From NCBI GenBank assembly GCA_050273025.1, contig CP158635.1, forward strand, positions 24,614,001-24,678,000: 64,000 nucleotides of DNA, read 5' to 3'. The notes below the pieces were generated by a model that saw nothing but the letters and a program-made list of their open reading frames with translations, was not told the origin of the DNA and searched no databases. Numbering within the stretch: position 1 is the first letter of the stretch; every line of letters starts with the position of its first letter. The stretch comes from Cenococcum geophilum (taxonomy: Eukaryota). A program made the translations under genes and the position numbers. Of the stretch, positions 61,021 to 64,000 are shown one piece after another.

Positions 61021-64000
61021 TGTTAGCGACTTAGTCAATTAAGGCATGGGCACGGCGAAAGGGACGCGCAAGCCTATATAATTAGATTGTCTATAAACGA
61101 GAATCTAAAGCTAGGGAAAGGAAAGGAGAAGAAGAGTAGCGCCGTTCGATGTTTTATAAGATCTTTACGTCACGTGATCGCAATATGCGGCAATCTATAG
61201 CAACTTGCCGGTGCGTAGTTCTGCTAAGTTCTACCAGTGCTGTAATATTACCCCCCCTCCAAAAAAGCCTGCCCTTAGGCTTTGCTGCTAAAAGTCTTAG
61301 TAAGAGAATCTGACTAATTAGATAACTTTAACCGCCGGTTAAAGTTCCTGGATATCTTAAGACCTTATATAACTAAGAAATTTCTAGGGCGATTTGTCCT
61401 TATATTCTTCTAGTAGCTTATTATCTTTATTATACTAGCATTCTATTTACTTGTCTAGGTACTTTAGCGGTTTAGGTTTATTAGGGTAACGGCTATAGAA
61501 CTCTTAAAGCTTATAGGGGCTACCTATAAAGTTCTATATAGGGTACTAAGTGGGGTCTAAGTTATATCCTTTCTAACTAATATAATACTTTAATGTTCCC
61601 TTTATAAGTTTATAGGCTAGTATTTCTTTAATTTCCTATTTATTATCGTCGTTAACTTAAATTAGTAGGGGAAGTTTATTCTTTTATCCGGGTAGTAGGT
61701 TATTTATAGCTTTCCGTAGCTTATCCGGTAAGAAAATAGGGTAAACTTTAATTAAGTCTAGGAGCTTAACCTTGTACAAGTTGCCTACTTTATTAAAAAT
61801 CTTATATAGTCCTACTATCTTATAGTCTAGCTTACGGCTAGGCCGTTTTGTTTTTTAGTTCTTTATTATAACCTAGACTATATCGCATATAGTAAAGTTA
61901 GGCTCGCGCCTATACTTATTTACCTACTATTCTATTAATTTTTAAGCCTTTTTTAGGTTTATATAGGCTACTTTCTAGGCTTCTTCTAAGCGCTTAGCGT
62001 ACTACTAGGCTTCCTTATAAGATAGTTTTTCGCGTATAGTCTGGGGCCCTTTTGGTCTTTCTTAGTCAAAGCTTATACGGGGTAGGTAACCTATTTTTAG
62101 TTAAATAGGGGCAAATCTGGTAGAGTTGTAGGGTAGGGTAGCTTAGGCGTAGTCTATTAAGGGTAGTAGTTTAGCCTAGTTATTTTAGAAGTAGTTAATA
62201 AAAGGCTAAAGTCTCTAGTCTAAGTATTAATTTATAATCTCCGTTTAACTATCTATCTAGGGGTAATATACTATAGAAAGCTTTAGCTTAATACCTAGAA
62301 TCCGGGTGAATTTATTCTAAAAGGCTAATATAAACTGCGGCCCGCGGTCGGATATAATAGTATTTAATAGTCCGTAAATTTGGTAGACGTAGTAGATATA
62401 TAGTTAGGCCGCCTCTTTAGCATTAATATTCTTATAATAGGGAATTAAGAACAGGCGTTTGCCAAAGTAGTTAACTAGGATTATAACTCTATTATATCCG
62501 TTACGGTTTAAAGGTAGCTTATAAAAGTTTATAGAGATATATTACTAGGGGCGGTCGGGTATTAGGAGGGGTTTTAATAGTCCTAGGGTTTTATCTCGTG
62601 GAATTATGGACTTATAGCAGTTATTATAGTTCCGTATATAGCGGTTAATATTTATAATTATTCCGGGCTAGTAGTAGCGGTCGCTAATAATCCTGCGGGT
62701 TTTATTTTTTCTAAAGTAGGCCGTAGAGACCTAGGTATATGCTTTAGCAATAAGCTAAGTCTATAAGTTCTGTTCCTTTACTACTACTAGCCGTTTACGG
62801 TGTTTAAGTAGTCCACTTTTAAGGGATTATAGGCTAGAAACGTTCCTTACCTTTTTGCGGTACTCCTATAGAGAAGGGGCTATACGGTTTACCTGTAGCA
62901 GTTTATTAATAAGGTTTAGTTCTATAGAGTTAATAGGGCATATCTCGGCATCTAAAGAGTCTATATTTAGTTCTGCCTATATTTAGGAGTTAAGGTGCTC
63001 TAGTTATAGTAGCGCTTAGGTTCGTAATAAGATCTTTACGGCTGTTTAGTTATTTATATCCTATTTATGCCTTATAAGAGCGTCCGCACGGTTAGTAGCG
63101 CCTAGCCTATATATAATTAGGAAGTTAAACTAAAATAGGGTGTCCGCCTAGCGCGCCTATTAGGCCGTAAGGGCCTTTATTATTATAAAATATTCTAAGG
63201 CCTTATAATCGGAAACTACCTAGATAGACTTAGGGGTACCTTCTAGTTAGGCTCGCTAGTGCTAAAAGCTAGAGATAATAGCTAGTATTTCTTTGTCGTA
63301 AATTGGGTAGTTTAGCTTAGTATCTACTATTATTTTTAAATAGTAAGTAATAGGGTGCTATTCTCTGTCTGTCTGCTTTTAGGAGTAAATGCTAGCTATA
63401 ATACTATTTAAGGCATTAGTTTCTAGCATTAAGGGCCGTTTTAGGTTAAAGTGGGTAAGTAAGGGAGTAGAGACTAGCTATTTCTTAAGCTTATTAAAGG
63501 CCTGCCTATATATAGTGTTAAAGTAAAAGGGCTGGTCCTTGTGGGTAAGTAGGCTTAATAGCTAGGTAATTCTGCTGTAGTTCTTAATAAAGCGTTAGTA
63601 GAAGTTATAGAACCCTAAAAATAACTATACCCCCTTTACGGTCCTTAGGGGTACCTATTAGTTAATTATAGCCGTCTTTTCTAGGTCTACCTTAATCCCG
63701 TTTATACTAATAATAAACCCTAAGTATTTTATACGCTTAATACTAAATTCTAACTTCTTAATATTAGCTTAGAGGCTAGCTTCCTAAAGCCGTTATAGGA
63801 CTTTATAGACATACTCTTTATATTCTAGTTTATTTTTAGAGTAGATTATAATATTATTTAGGTATGCTATATAGAAGTTATTAAGGTAGTTAAATAGTAT
63901 ATTATTTATATATCGTTAGTATATAGCCGGTCCGTTAGTTAGTCTACAAGGTAGTACTTTATATTTATACGTTCCGTAATAAATCCGAAACGTAATAAGG
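61021..64000 (-). mobile_element. Ty3/gypsy chromovirus, 3' LTR through RT (runs off the window), RIP-degraded
   Basis: LTR 61021-61247 followed by the complement of a polypurine tract (TTACCCCCCC). Minus strand shows chromodomain (~61640-61480), integrase (ISDRGPQF, YYP*IDS*TE), RNase H (YPIYDKEILAII) and RT (YLNN). Confidence 0.9.

Overview
Filamentous-ascomycete genomic DNA, inferred from GT/GC-AG introns with CTRAC branch sites, a HET gene, and extreme CpA/TpG depletion with TpA excess typical of repeat-induced point mutation (RIP). Two normal-GC gene islands (~4.2-17.1 kb and ~33.3-35.1 kb) lie among AT-rich, RIP-destroyed, nested transposons. Genes: a conserved small membrane protein, a 3-exon small putative nuclear protein, a secreted tandem-repeat protein broken by one in-frame TAG, a HET-domain protein and a PMU1-like histidine phosphatase. 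Mobile elements whose ends could be fixed by TIR/LTR and target-site duplication (TSD): an AcademH-like helicase-encoding DNA transposon carrying a nested Tc1 element and a Ty3/gypsy element, two full Ty1/copia elements, a gag-only copia derivative, a full Tad1-like LINE, two TA-flanked MITEs and a non-autonomous hAT element. Three partial gypsy elements and an un-RIPed LINE relic are also present. Highlights: (1) a ~1 kb non-coding retroposon whose 5' end coincides exactly with nucleotide 1 of an HDV-like ribozyme fold and whose 3' end is a Tad1-LINE tail; (2) covarying terminal hairpins and a dispersed ATATCCGC motif in the AcademH-like element, plus an orphan related terminus; (3) antisense Cys6 ORF relics in two gypsy elements; (4) a palindromic module shared by a copia and a gypsy 3' UTR. 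All calls are by-eye readings, with no database searches; internal boundaries in RIPed DNA are approximate.
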